Source of the DNA: Octopus vulgaris
Lineage: Eukaryota
DNA: 64,000 nucleotides
Direction: 5' to 3'
Assembly: GCA_951406725.2 (NCBI GenBank)
Contig: OX597816.1
Coordinates: 72,354,001-72,418,000, forward strand
The translations under genes and the position numbers were made by a program. The notes under the pieces are model-generated. The model ran no database searches and was not told the DNA's origin. It was given only the letters and a program-made list of their open reading frames with translations. Each line of letters begins with the position of its first letter. Within the stretch, counting starts at the first letter, position 1. Positions 38,553 through 53,548 of this stretch are shown here, piece by piece.

Positions 38553-38987
38553 ACAAAATATAGGAAAGACTTACAGGTCATTCGACTCACTTGAAAAGAG
38601 CAGCCAAAACTCAAACCGCAAAAATAGTAGTAATTCTGAAAGCTAAAGGAGAAATAAAAACGTTTATCCTTTTCAACTTTGTACCCTGCAAGGTTTCAAC
38701 AATTTTTACGCAATCGAACTTGATTAAATTAAATTAAATCCGTTTACGATTGGTTTGTTTCATCAGCAAAGTCCCAAAAGAGAAGGCGAGCATATACACA
38801 CGAGGCGATACCACTGAAGCCCCTGCGTAAAAATTGTTGAAACCTTGCAGGGTACAAAGTTGAAAAGGATAAACGTTTTTATTTCTCCTTTAGCTTTCAG
38901 AATTACTACTATTTTTGCGGTTTGAGTTTTGGCTGCTCTTTTCAAGTGAGTCGAATGACCTGTAAGTCTTTCCTTAATATTTTGTTG
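38551..38987. repeat. near-perfect ~160-bp inverted repeat (38551-38712 / 38824-38987), 111-bp spacer
   Basis: The arms read as exact reverse complements from AGGAAAGACTTACAGG to AATTTTTACGCA; TA tracts lie outside. Confidence 0.95.
38677..38771 (-). ncRNA. type I hammerhead ribozyme with intact core
   Basis: CTTTG-CTGATGA-AACAA-(~52 nt extension, AATCG/CGATT)-TTGTT-GAAA-CCTTGCAGGG-TA-CAAAG; stems I and II each 5 perfect bp; GUA cleavage triplet. Confidence 0.85.
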
Positions 38988-39101
38988 AATATATTATATA
39001 GTCTGTGACTATTTCTATTTTCTCACTTGACCGCTGGTTGCAGAAAATTTTTCTTGAATTTTTTCTTGAATTTTTCTTGAATTTTTTGCTACCCTATATT
39101 G

Positions 39102-39167
<66 letters not shown>

Positions 39168-39265
39168 AATGAAATGGTAAGATAACAAAAGAATGAAAGA
39201 GACCTCGATATTATGTAAATAAAGAAATTTATCTGTAAGTATAATATATGTGACAATTATTCGGT

Positions 39266-39340
39266 AGCCATGAAAAAACTCCGAGTTTCGGATGTCGGGG
39301 CGGAAACCCACGCCGCCATCTCTTCAGTTATCCGGCCATC
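39266..39340 (-). ncRNA. hammerhead-like motif
   Basis: ggataa-CTGAAGA-GATGGCGG..CCGACATC-c-GAAA-CTCGGAG-TT; long stem II, stem III ACTC/GAGT; GUU triplet and weak stem I. Confidence 0.6.
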
Positions 39341-39867
39341 GAAAAAATATGTGTATATATAAATATGTGTATATCACATTAAAATTGAGATGTTATTGTT
39401 TCACTTCTGATATGTAATTCTGAAATAGTTTAAAAGATAAGAGATTTCACCGGGCTTGCATTAGGCAAGAAGTTGAAAATCTCTTTGGCCCATGACACTG
39501 CATGGACCTTAAGCAAGGCATGTGTAAAATTTGAATGAAATTGGTTGGGTAGTTCTCGAGTTATAGTGATGCACATTTGCAGACGGACTGACCCACAATC
39601 TTAGTATTATATATATATATATATATATATATTAGGGAGTATAACTCCAAACGTACTGGGAGAAATTCAATTTAGTATTAAATCAAATTTCATGATATAA
39701 ATATATAAAAAATAAATTAGAGATAAAACCACTATAATGCAATTCAAACAATGATAGACATAAACCAAAACATAAATAACAAATAAAATATATTTTTATA
39801 AAACATATAACTAGATGACAAAAAGTATAAAAATAAATAATCAATATATAATAAGTGTGTGTGTGTG

Positions 39868-39923
<56 letters not shown>

Positions 39924-40709
39924 AATTGAGATAGGGGTTGTAAATGCAACCCTCTATGGGATAACGTATATCCAATATACTGCTAGTGAAGTACCCAACA
40001 AAGTTAATACATAAATGTTAATGATTGATGTCTATAAGCAATACGATGACAGACATGCACTCTCCAATTTATTGTAGAGATGTGTCGGGGTGTATTCATG
40101 TGTGTGTACATGTGTGTGTGAGTCTCTGTGTGGATGTATGGGTTTAGGGTTAGATGTGTATGTGTATGTTTTGCTTGTACGGTGTGGTGGAGGTCGGGCG
40201 GTTCTCAATTGTCCAATCGTGAAGAGGATAATGATAATTTTAAATTCAAATCCAATAGTATATTTATGCCATAAGGAAAATTATTAACTGGAACACGGAC
40301 ATACATATATTCTGCTCTGGATCATAATGTAAGAGTTATTAATAATATTATGAATGATAACAATGATAATATTAATTGTATTGACAACGATAATGATACT
40401 AACTTTAATGACACTTTGGAAACTATTATGAAGTAATATAATGTACTATTGACTATGTATATTTACATCTAGGTATTAATTTGTGTATGTTTATTATCAC
40501 AATATTAAGTCGAAAAACTGGGACATTGGGTGTGGAACACATATATATGTTTACTAATTTATATTATTTATTTATATCATTATGTAAATGTATATTTTTT
40601 TATATGTATAGGAGTGTGAGTATATGCACTCATGTATATATATATATTGTATTGTGGGTACGCACCCACACCCATGTGGGTATATGTGTAGACTGTGTTA
40701 TATTACATA

Positions 40710-40836
40710 ATCTCCGAAGAGGCCTTGTGATATTTTTGTAAATGTCTCATTTATATCTATATATTGCCTAACCATAAGGGGCTAATATTGGTAAAATGAG
40801 ACATAATTATCGACATGGCCGAAACAGCTGTAAGAT
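40710..40836 (+). ncRNA. type I hammerhead ribozyme with ~100-nt stem II
   Basis: ATCT-CCGAAGA-GGCC..ATGTCTCATTT..AAATGAGACAT..GGCC-GAAA-CAGCTG-TA-AGAT; U4C core variant; palindromic stem III. Confidence 0.8.
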
Positions 40837-41079
40837 CTAATTTATACTTATATTTATATTTACTTGTATTTATATTCTTTTTTATATATATTCTAATTAT
40901 TATACAACATTACTCTTTTATGTACACTTTTTTATGTACATTCCTTTATGTACACTGATTTGTTCTGCTTTTTATATTTAACCCTACAGTCTCTTATGTG
41001 GTGGTTTAATAAAGTATGTGATTGAGTATTATCTGGTAATTGATATTTGATTTGGATGTATTTCTCCATTTTCTTATCT

Positions 41080-41144
<65 letters not shown>

Positions 41145-41515
41145 AGGCGCAGCGTAGCTGTGCGGTAAGAAGCTTGCTTCCCAACCACATGCTTCTGGGT
41201 TCAGTCCCACTGCGTGGCACCTTGGGCAGGTGTCTTCTACTATAACCTCGGACCGACCAAAGCCATGCAGTGGATTTAGTAGACAGAAACTGAAAGAAGC
41301 TCGTGATATTTATGCATATATTTGTGTGTGTGTTTGTCCCCACTACCATCGGTTGACAACCGATGTTGGTCTGTTGACGTCCCCGTATATTGGCAGTTCG
41401 GCAACAGATACCGATAGAATAAGTACTAGGGTTTGAAAGAAAAAGTCCTGGGGTCGATTGATTCGACTAAAAGCGGTGCTCCAGCATGGGCACAGTCACA
41501 TGACTGATACTATAA
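41145..41515 (+). mobile_element. SINE family B full-length
   Basis: Colinear with the other copies. Confidence 0.9.
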
Positions 41516-42259
41516 AATAACATACATGTAAGCACGTATGTTTGTATGTGTTAGTCAACGTATTATTCAATAAGAGAAAATTAGAGGATTTCTTAACTGT
41601 AAGATCATTGTCATATTAAATGACTTAATAAAATGGCAGAACCTTTTCTGTGTCCTTATCTGTTCTTTGCATGTCTGGCAGGCACAAACAAAAGACATTA
41701 ATAATGAAAATAATTGTTTTCGCTATTTGCTTTCTTTAGAGGAATTCGTCACAAAGGCCTTCATGAATAAAAGGAGAAACAACACATATTTTCTGAATTC
41801 TAAAACTATTGTATGACGCACCAAAATATTTCTATACGCTACGGAGTTCGGTAATCTTTTAACAATCCCATCGAATCAACATAACTTTCGTTTTAGATTA
41901 AAGTATAATAGTCATTTGATTCTTGCTGTAATATAACACACAAGTATAATGTTAAGTATTATGTAAACGTTATGTTTAAGTCTAACAAATGATTCTTAAT
42001 AGAGAGACCACAATAAACTCAATACACCGTTTAAGTCTTAATGCTTTGACGTCTTTTCTTTTCGATATATTTACTGTTCCTAAATACTGTATTGTTTGTA
42101 ATTGATCGAGCAAAGAGTGAAATAATTGTGAAGTCTTTTCTGTCTATCGAGGTCGCAAATTTTCTTTGTTTTCAATATGTAAATGCGATTTAATCCATAT
42201 GCCAAAATCTCAGTGCTTTGACTCTGTTGTATAATTTTAAAATTGCTTTCAGTAAACAT

Positions 42260-42513
42260 ATATTGTTGTATTTAGGAATGGTCATTTTGCCAGTTTAGCC
42301 AATAAAAACACACGCACTATATATTTGGTGTTACTTTGCTTCAGCGTTATTTACTTTTTACATTAATCTTAATCTTATTTCGGCCAGAGTTCTTTCGTCA
42401 CACTTCTGTGACCTCCTGTGGTCCTTTGCTTTCTTCTTATTTGTGCGACTCTCCTTACTAACTCCTTTTATTGGATAAACTGGCAAAATGACCATTCCTA
42501 AATACAACAATAT
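42260..42513. repeat. 48-bp inverted repeat enclosing a decayed HHR (42383-42424, minus)
   Basis: Arms 42260-42307 and 42466-42513 with one mismatch. Inside: acca-CAGGAG-GTCAC-agaagt-GTGAC-GAAA-gaac-TC-tgg (core lacks 2 nt). Confidence 0.8.
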
Positions 42514-43117
42514 CTGTTTCAACACACGATTTCACATAAAAAATCTTGCAAAACAAATATATAAACGTAGTTTCAGTAAATAGTTACCAATTTATTTCCT
42601 AACTATATACGTATATATATGTATTTTGACTATTTTTAGAACTTTGTGCGTTTGTAATAACACCATTATCAATGTCATGGTCAGAATCTCCGGTTTATAA
42701 ACCGATATGTGCATCGAAATGTGAGTGTATGAATGTGTGCGAGAGAGTGTGTGTGAGTGTATGAATGTGTGTGTGTGAGAGTGTGTGTGTGAGAGTGTGT
42801 GTGAGAGAGTGTGTGTGAGTGTATGTTTGTGTGAGTGTATGTGTGTGTGAGTGTACGAGTGTGTGTGAGTGTATGTGTTTGTGAGTGTGAGAATGTGTGT
42901 AGGCGCCGGCATAGTTGAGTGGTTAAAAAGTGAGCTTCGTAACCACGTAGCTTCGGGTTCAGTTCTACAGTGCGACACCTCGAATGGGTGTCTTCTACTC
43001 TAATGTCGCATCAACTAATGCCTTGTGGGCCAATCCCATTGTTGACATCAGGTAGGTGAATACTGTGAAAGAGCTTTAAACAGCATATTACCAGGTGTAT
43101 ACACGAATATAAAATTA

Positions 43118-43151
<34 letters not shown>

Positions 43152-43152
<1 letters not shown>

Positions 43153-44721
43153 TTTCTTCTTCTTTCAAATTTGCTTCCATTTCTTGCCGAGTGTCTTCCC
43201 GACTCCTAGGGCAAAGAAACTCATAGTATACATTGGTAGGCCATTAAACCAAACTCAGTAGTTTGTTCATTTAAAAATTTTTTTTTTTTTTAAAGTTAAA
43301 TTAAAATACATGAGCAGCAACAGTTCTCACATCGACAATGCTCTTCTCAATACGTGTGATGTACCAGTTAAGACAATCTTTTGCACTTCTTGCAGGGATG
43401 GTAAGCCAGGGATCATTCTCATATAATTTTCGGTTCCCTTCTTGATCATTCCTAGTGCTCCTACGATCACTGGTATTGTAACCGCCTTGAGATGCCACAT
43501 TTTCTCAATTTCAATGAGTAGGTCTTTATATTTTCTGAGCTTGTCAAACTCTTTCGCTGAGATATTATGATCACAGGGGATGCTCATGTCGATCAATAAG
43601 CAAACTTTATTGTTTTGGTCTTTCACAACAATATCTGGTTTATTGGCCTTGATGGTTCGGTCTGTATGTACTGGAAAGTCCCACAGAATGGTTACATTTT
43701 CTCCTTCAGTTACAGCCTCAGGGTGGTGATTATACCACTTGTCGGCAGTTTTGATATTGTAATGCCGACTTATTAGCCAGTGGAGATATTGGCCAACTCT
43801 GTCATGTCTTAATTTATACTCCACTGGTGCTAAGACTTTACATCCAGAGATTAGGTGGTCCACTGTTTCAATCATGTCGTTGCAGAATTGGCATTTTGGG
43901 TCTGCTCCATTTTCCATCACATTGGCCTGATAGTTCCGGGTTAATAGGCTTTGATCTTGAGCAGCCAGGATGAAACCTTCGCTCTCTGCTTTTAGCCCTG
44001 AGCTCCGTAGCCACTGATGGGTTTGCTTCTGGTCAACATCAGCTTGTTTGCTGCGGGTCACATATTTGCCGTGCAGAGGTTTCTCCTCCCACCTATCAGC
44101 CAATTGCTCGTGCGCTTTTTTCATTGCCATCATTTTCACCTTTGCAACAATAGTTGCCGTACTTCCCTCGGGTTGTTCAGTTTGGGTATCCTGCACGAGA
44201 TCAGTAGCAAATTTTTTGCTTTCCTTTATTATAGAATGAAGCTTCTTTCGTCTCTCGTGATTTTCCACGAGCTTTAGCATCCAGTCATTCGATATTTCGA
44301 GATATTTGGCCAGTCCAATTGTGGTTGTTTTGTAAGCTAGTTCAAATTGGATCAGGCCTCGACCTCCTTGGGCTCTGGGAAGATAAAGGCGATCTACGTC
44401 TGCCTTTGGGTGGTGCATCCTATTACAACTCAGCAGCTTGCGTATTTTCCTATCTATATTCTTTACTTCACTCATATTCCAGTTCAACACATTGTAGCTA
44501 TAAGTAACAAGTGGAACTGCTAAGGAATTTATAGCTAACACCTTGTTACGTGCATTTAGTTCAGATTTCAGGACTGCACGAACTCTCCTATAACATTCCT
44601 TCATGAATTTCTCTTTCATGCTTGCATGCTGAATACCAGAGCCTTCATTTATCCCTAAATATTTGTATGTTTGTTCTTGCTCAAGCTCTCTTATGACTGT
44701 GTCAACATCTAACACGACTGA
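43152..44721 (-). mobile_element. 5'-truncated R4/Dong-like non-LTR retrotransposon (RT C-terminus, CCHC, restriction-like endonuclease)
   Basis: Uninterrupted frame 44721-43327: YKYLGI, LYLPRAQGGRGL, CQFC...HLISGC, RHD, KPDIVV..LLIDMSIP..KLRKYKDL. (TAA)n on both sides matches Dong-type microsatellite targeting. Confidence 0.92.
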
Positions 44722-44792
<71 letters not shown>

Positions 44793-44793
44793 G

Positions 44794-44903
<110 letters not shown>

Positions 44904-45196
44904 TATATAAATATATACATATATGCATACATATATGTACATACCTATATATATATATATATGTATATATACAAGCATATATGGGTACAGGAAATAAAAA
45001 AAATAAAAAAAACGTTGAACATAAAGAGAAACGATAACAAAATCATCGAAAACGAACTTTCTTTCGAACAACGAAAATAACAGAGAAACGAGACATGCAA
45101 TATAAAGAATATTCTCCTTCATCAGTTGTCCCTGTTTCATCTACTCCACATTCGAAGGTAAGGAACGAACTCCACGCATTCTTTTCCAAGTAAGTT

Positions 45197-45288
<92 letters not shown>

Positions 45289-45305
45289 ATATATAGACGC
45301 CATGA

Positions 45306-45495
45306 TAGATCGTTAGCTCCTACACGCATTTTTTCTCTCCTTGTTTTTTTCTGTGTATCTTTCTGTCGAAGAGCGTAGGCTCGAAACGTAAAAGACTTGT
45401 TCTATTTCTATTCCTGAGCGCCATACTAATACATATGTTTGTTTGTACTCCACCTGCCTTCGTCTTTTGTTTATTTTCGTAAACCTTCCCGTTAT
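45306..45495 (+). mobile_element. HHR-bearing ~190-bp repeat; HHR at 45358-45395
   Basis: TCTTT-CTGTCGA-A-GAGC-gtag-GCTC-GAAA-CG-TA-AAAGA; ends in (TA)n. Confidence 0.75.
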
Positions 45496-45561
45496 ATATA
45501 TATATATATATGTGTGATTCGATTCGTCGTTTCGTCCCACTTCTCTTCCTCCCAGTTTTGT

Positions 45562-45592
<31 letters not shown>

Positions 45593-45884
45593 ATATACGA
45601 TAGACTCTCCCGTCGAAGACGACGAATGGATTTTCTGTTTTTTTTGCCGGACGACCTGCACAAATGATTTGTTTATTTCGATCAAGTGTATGTGCCGTAC
45701 ATAGGCTCACTTCCTCCATCAAATCGACGTTAACTGAAAAGGTGCACGGCGTGCCACGTGTCGAATGATTGCAGAGCACAACGCACCACCCGGTTTAGGA
45801 ATTGAAACCACGATCTCGCCATCGTGAGTGCAAAACCCTAACTACTAGGCCATGTGTCCTCACTACTATATACATGCATATATA

Positions 45885-47194
<1,310 letters not shown>

Positions 47195-47203
<9 letters not shown>

Positions 47204-47305
47204 GGAGCTTTACAGACTAGTACTGTCATCTTCAGGAAGCAGATGTGCTTCCTGATATTTCTCTTGAATGAAACAGTACTAGTCCTGTAAAGCTCCTTCT
47301 ATATA
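47195..47305. repeat. nested fold-back with HHR half-motifs
   Basis: Outer arms 47195-47226 / 47273-47305 and inner hairpin TCAGGAAGCA/TGCTTCCTGA. Contains CTGAAGA (minus) and GAAACAGTACTAGTC (plus). Confidence 0.8.
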
Positions 47306-47372
47306 ATAAATTAATTTTACTCTGCTATGTATTGAGTACCTTACTTACTGTGGTTAACCCCGAATCAACCGA

Positions 47373-47564
<192 letters not shown>

Positions 47565-48040
47565 GCAAAACTGAGTATTACCAAACTGGTTGATGACTGA
47601 TGAGGAATTGGGGACCTTCTGTGTTTATGTACTACACATTTTTCATATATAAATATATATATATATATATATATCGTGAGAGAGAGGGGGAGAGTGAAAG
47701 GGAGAGGTTAAGGGAGGGAGAGCAGCTACTCATAATTTTTCTAACATAGCTTTTGATCCAAGGTAGAAAGTATGTAGAATCAGAGGTTGTTGAATTGGCG
47801 GCATATACAGTTCAAAGAGCCAGCCTTTTCATTCACTGTAACGCCACGCTTATCCTGCTGAGGAAATACAATTCGGTAAGGATACATATGTCTGTGGAAT
47901 ACTCGTCCACTTCCGGTCTAATAATCTATCAGTATGTATTTCCGTAGATCAAACAACCTGAAACGCACGTTTACTGAAACCGACATGATATGCATTTTAA
48001 AAAAATATGTATATTTGTTTTATAATGTCTCCCATTTAAA

Positions 48041-48101
<61 letters not shown>

Positions 48102-48351
48102 TCATGTATAAAGAAAATAAAGTTGAATGGAGCTGTTAACATCAACAATAAAACAAAGCAGCAGCAAATATTAACGGACCTCAATTTTTTTCTAAGGTAT
48201 AAAGAGGATAATTATGTTGATGATGATCAGGATGATGGTAATGATGATGTTTATTTTGATGTCGATCTTGTTCGCAACAGGAAGTATCACTCACCCTATA
48301 ACGGAACAGTTGTAATTGTCTGTGTAAGTAGGTGTATGTGTGTTTATATAC

Positions 48352-48389
<38 letters not shown>

Positions 48390-48583
48390 CATAAACACAT
48401 ATTATACATGTACGCATACGCACGTGTTTGTATGTCTATACAGGTATACATATACATTTATAAATGGCGTGTGTGTCTATATATATATATATATGAATAT
48501 GTTTATGCGTATATGTATATATTTATGTATATATGTGTGTCTGCGGAGAGAGAGAGAGCGAGAGAGAGGGAGTGAAATATGGA

Positions 48584-48644
<61 letters not shown>

Positions 48645-49249
48645 TGTATCTATGTGTGTATACATATGTATGTATATATATATGTGTGTGTGAATGTATA
48701 TTTGTATGTACTTATGTATGTATGAATACATGTATATATATATATATATATATGTGTGTATGTATGTTTGTATGTACTTATGTATGTATATATGTATGTA
48801 TATATGTATGTATATACATATGTATGTATGTTTGTATGTATGTATGTTTGCATCTATTTATGTATGTATTTATGTATTTATATATATGTATATATATGCG
48901 CGTATGTATTTGACGATTTACTCTGACAAGTAGCGGTGCGAGGGGTGTTGGCTTGATGTTGGTCTCATTGTCAATTGTTTATTTATTTTGTTATTGTCGC
49001 TTTTGACTCATGTTATTTATCCTCAGATCAATGCTGATGAAGCAGACCTATCATCAAAGGCATTCCAGGCATGACTATCCTGTCATTTCAAGGGTATGTA
49101 TGGCTACATTAAGTAAGGCGTGGTTTGATAGAGTTATGACTGTTGCTTTAGCAGGCCCAATCTACTACACAGAATAGCGGTTCCCAACCATTTATTAACT
49201 ACGAAACTCTTTGATTCTTATTTCAATCTACTGGACCTACTATTCGCTG

Positions 49250-49299
<50 letters not shown>

Positions 49300-49316
49300 A
49301 CGTATGTGTATGTATG

Positions 49317-49415
<99 letters not shown>

Positions 49416-49469
49416 GTATATGTATGTATGTATGTATATGTATGTATGTATGTATATACATGTATATAT

Positions 49470-49805
49470 ATGGCTCAGTGGTTAGATCGTCGAGCTTACG
49501 ATCGTGAGGTTGTGAGCTCGAATCCCGGACCGGGCTGCGTGTTGTGTTCTTGAGCAAGGCACTTTATTTCACGTTGCTCCAGTTCACTCAGCTGTAGAAA
49601 TGAGTTGCGACGTCACTGGTGCCAAGCTGTATCGACCTTTGTCTTTCCCTTGGATAACACTGGTGGCGTGGAGAGGGGAGGCCGGTATGCATGGGCGACT
49701 GCTGGTCTTCCATAAACAACCTTGCCCGGACTTGTGTCTAGGAGGGTAACTTTCTAGGTGCAATCCCATGGTCATTCATGACCGAAGGGGGTCTTTACCC
49801 TTTAC
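49470..49805 (+). mobile_element. SINE family D-related copy
   Basis: TGGCTCAGTGGTTAGA..TCGAATCCC head, CTTGAGCAAGGCACTT core and tail ending CTTTACCCTTTA. Confidence 0.8.
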
Positions 49806-49844
49806 ACATATATATGTATATATATATATATGTATGTATATACA

Positions 49845-49890
<46 letters not shown>

Positions 49891-49940
49891 CATGTACATA
49901 TATATATATATATATAAATGTATATATATATATATATATG

Positions 49941-50046
<106 letters not shown>

Positions 50047-50306
50047 CAAACATATATATACATACAAATATACATACATATACATATATATACACATACG
50101 AACATATATATATATATATACATATATATATATTTAAATATACATACATGCCGTTACGTTCTGAGTTCAAATTCCACCAAGGTCGACTTTACCTTTCATC
50201 CTTTCGGGGTCAATAAATAAAGTACCAGTTACGCACTGGGGTTGATGTAATCGACTTAATCCCTTTGTCTGTCTTTGTCCCCTCTATGTTTAGCCCCTTG
50301 TGAGCA

Positions 50307-50376
<70 letters not shown>

Positions 50377-50521
50377 TTGGTGCATGAACTCCCTCATGCC
50401 AAACGTCAATTTCTAAAAAGAATTAGTGAAAGTCAAATTATATAGCGACACCAAATGGCGGTGCCACAATATCGCCACAGCTCGTGAGCTGAAACTAGAT
50501 CAAATCAAATCAAATCATATA

Positions 50522-50523
<2 letters not shown>

Positions 50524-50576
<53 letters not shown>

Positions 50577-51073
50577 TGTAGTTGTGTGAGTGTCTGTCTC
50601 CTACGATTTAGATTCCTAACTACTCCCACATTTTGCGGTGCAGTTTAACCAAAACCGGGTATCTTATAGTCGTGATTCATATCGAGCCCGTCTGAGTATT
50701 AGCGCGCGTCTACGATGAGTCTACGATTTTAAAAATAATTTAACATCATTTTTTATTCCATTTTAATGCATAATTTTTCGTGTGTGGATGGCGGCGGAGT
50801 TGGCGTCCATGGTCACACCTGCACCTGTTTGCTTCTCCCCCTTCTTTCCTCCCTCGTGAAGCTGTGGGGAAGGGAGTGTAAGGAAATCAACGTCGTAAAG
50901 CGTTGTCAAGGAGACCAGCGTTCTTTTAGAACAACGACTTCATGGCTTGAAGACACCAAAACAGAAATGGCTAAGAAAGCCCAAATTGGCATGTATAAGG
51001 GAAGTAACTCTCTAAAAATGCTTATATAGTTATTTCCCTTACAAACCCGAGCAACGCCGGGCGATACTGCTAG
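50524..51073 (+). mobile_element. non-autonomous Helitron
   Basis: 3' hairpin CCCG-agcaacgc-CGGG followed by a CTAG|T terminus; 5' CTATATA..TAAAAC..TTGTGTG start. Confidence 0.75.
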
Positions 51074-51150
51074 TATTCATATAAAATAAGAAAAAGAAAA
51101 TGCAGATTGGGAAGTTAATAATTGTTTATTATTAACAAGTCAATCATCAT

Positions 51151-51230
51151 CCTTTACAGCTGTTTCAATTAATACTCAGTGAATTAATAAGGTAGTAAAT
51201 TCATATGACCCGAGCATATCTTCGGTGGGA
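51151..51230 (-). ncRNA. degenerate hammerhead-like motif
   Basis: tccca-CCGAAGA-..-GAAA-CAGCTG-TA-aagg; same core and stem III as 40710-40836, but stems I and II are weak. Confidence 0.5.
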
Positions 51231-51471
51231 AAACATATACCCTTGGATGTTTTATATGTGCTTATGGATTCGTTATAGCAGACTGGATGATGCTATTTAA
51301 GATTTGTATTTTTGTATGTTCGGGTGAGGTGTTTGCAAGTTGATTGGAGATAAGATTGAGTAGGTAAATAGAATTAGAATATTAAATGAATTAAGTAGAT
51401 GATATAGAGGAAATTTAAATATAAATAAGGTAAGAATGTAATATACGGTAATGAGGTATAAATAATGTTAA

Positions 51472-51618
<147 letters not shown>

Positions 51619-51766
51619 ATGTGTGTACTTCAGCAAAATTTAGATTCAGATGAATATGGTACTTAAGTTAAAGGCACCCGAATTTTGTATGGTATTATCC
51701 ATATAAATCAAATGGGTTGAAATAAGTATAAGATTGTGAATTGTCCGTTTAATTAAAAAATTCCAT

Positions 51767-51856
51767 ATGTGCCTGAAGATTGCTCGACATTTTAAAACTG
51801 ATGTAATATTTACAGTGTTTAATAAAATGAAGTAGCATGAAACAATTGTACTACAT
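51767..51856 (+). ncRNA. type I hammerhead motif, long stem II
   Basis: ATGTgc-CTGAAGA-tTGCT..CATTTTA..TAAAATG..AGCAt-GAAA-CAATTG-TA-ctACAT; palindromic stem III. Confidence 0.7.
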
Positions 51857-51900
51857 TACCTTGGATATCCTTGTTGCTTATTTTTATATATATATATATA

Positions 51901-52150
51901 CTAGCAGTATCGCCCGGCGTTGCTCAGGTTTGTAAGGGAAATAACTATAAAGCATTTTTAGAGAGTTATAGCCAAAAAATAGCAAAAAAATATATATATA
52001 GTTAAAAAAGGTATATATATATGTCGAATTTATCGATTTTTTTCAGAACTGGGGGAACTTTTCAAAATTTTCGCTGCGTTAGTTTTGAATTATGACATTG
52101 GGCTATGTGTGTCATTTCATCAGAATCGGTTGAAAGCCGTGGTCAGGGTG

Positions 52151-52153
<3 letters not shown>
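51901..52153 (-). mobile_element. non-autonomous Helitron, internally different copy
   Basis: 51901-51967 is the near reverse complement of 51006-51073 (CTAG end and hairpin). Confidence 0.7.
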
Positions 52154-52210
<57 letters not shown>

Positions 52211-52464
52211 GTATGAATGGATGTATAACAAATGATAAAGAGAGAATTGGAATACATAGGAAGCCTTAGAGCTCAGAACGATCGTTTCGACGCATCCTGC
52301 ATCGATCCCTCGCGGGTGGTATTAACTGTTTGTGGTGCAAATTTTCAGGTGATATTATAAAGAGTATCTCGTTAAATATACTTTGAATGACGTCAGGTAG
52401 CCATTGGCAGTGAACGTGCTTCATCAGGTCACTACTAGGAACATACCCAGCACTTACATATTTA

Positions 52465-52511
<47 letters not shown>

Positions 52512-52678
52512 GCTGTACTCTTTCGCCACAACTTTCTGTCACTCTTTCTTCTGTAGGCCTGCTCGCTTAGCCAGCGGAGTGGGGTCCTTTGAAGGCTAAA
52601 ACAATGCGAAGCGCATTGTGACCAGCGATGTGTAGCACCATCTGATAGTCTGGTTGGTCACGTGATCACGTGATATAC

Positions 52679-52727
<49 letters not shown>

Positions 52728-52958
52728 TATTCTTTTACTTGTATCAGTCATTTGACAGCGGCTATACTGGAGCACCACCTTTAGTCGAACAAATCGCCCC
52801 CAGGACTTATTCTTTAGGAACGTAAACACACCAACATCAGTGTCAAGCGATGGAGGTGGGGCGATAAATAAGCACCATCTGATAGTCTGGTCGGTCACGT
52901 GATCACGTGATATATATATATATATTCTTTTACTTGTATCAGTCATTTGACAGCGGCT

Positions 52959-53028
<70 letters not shown>

Positions 53029-53243
53029 AGAGTTTACGAAAAACCAAAAGACGAAGACAGGTAGTGTACAAAACAAACGACTGTCTTCTTTCAGTTCCAG
53101 TCTATCAAATCCTCTCACAAAGTTTTGGTCGGTCCGAAGTTATAGTAGAAGACACTTGCCCAAAGTGACGCGTAGTGGGGCTGAACCCGGAACCATGTGG
53201 TTGAGAAGCAAGCTTTATACCACACAGCCACTCCTGCGCCCCC

Positions 53244-53274
<31 letters not shown>

Positions 53275-53449
53275 CAGATACATACATACATGTAGCAAAA
53301 CCGAATGGCGGTGCCCCAGCATGGCAACAGCTCGTGAGCTGAAACTAGATGAAATGAAAAATATATTTATATATATATATATATATGTATACACACACAC
53401 ACATACACGCACACATACATATACATATACATACATGCATACATACACG

Positions 53450-53510
<61 letters not shown>

Positions 53511-53548
53511 ATATATATATATAAAGATAAAGACAATTTTATATTGTA

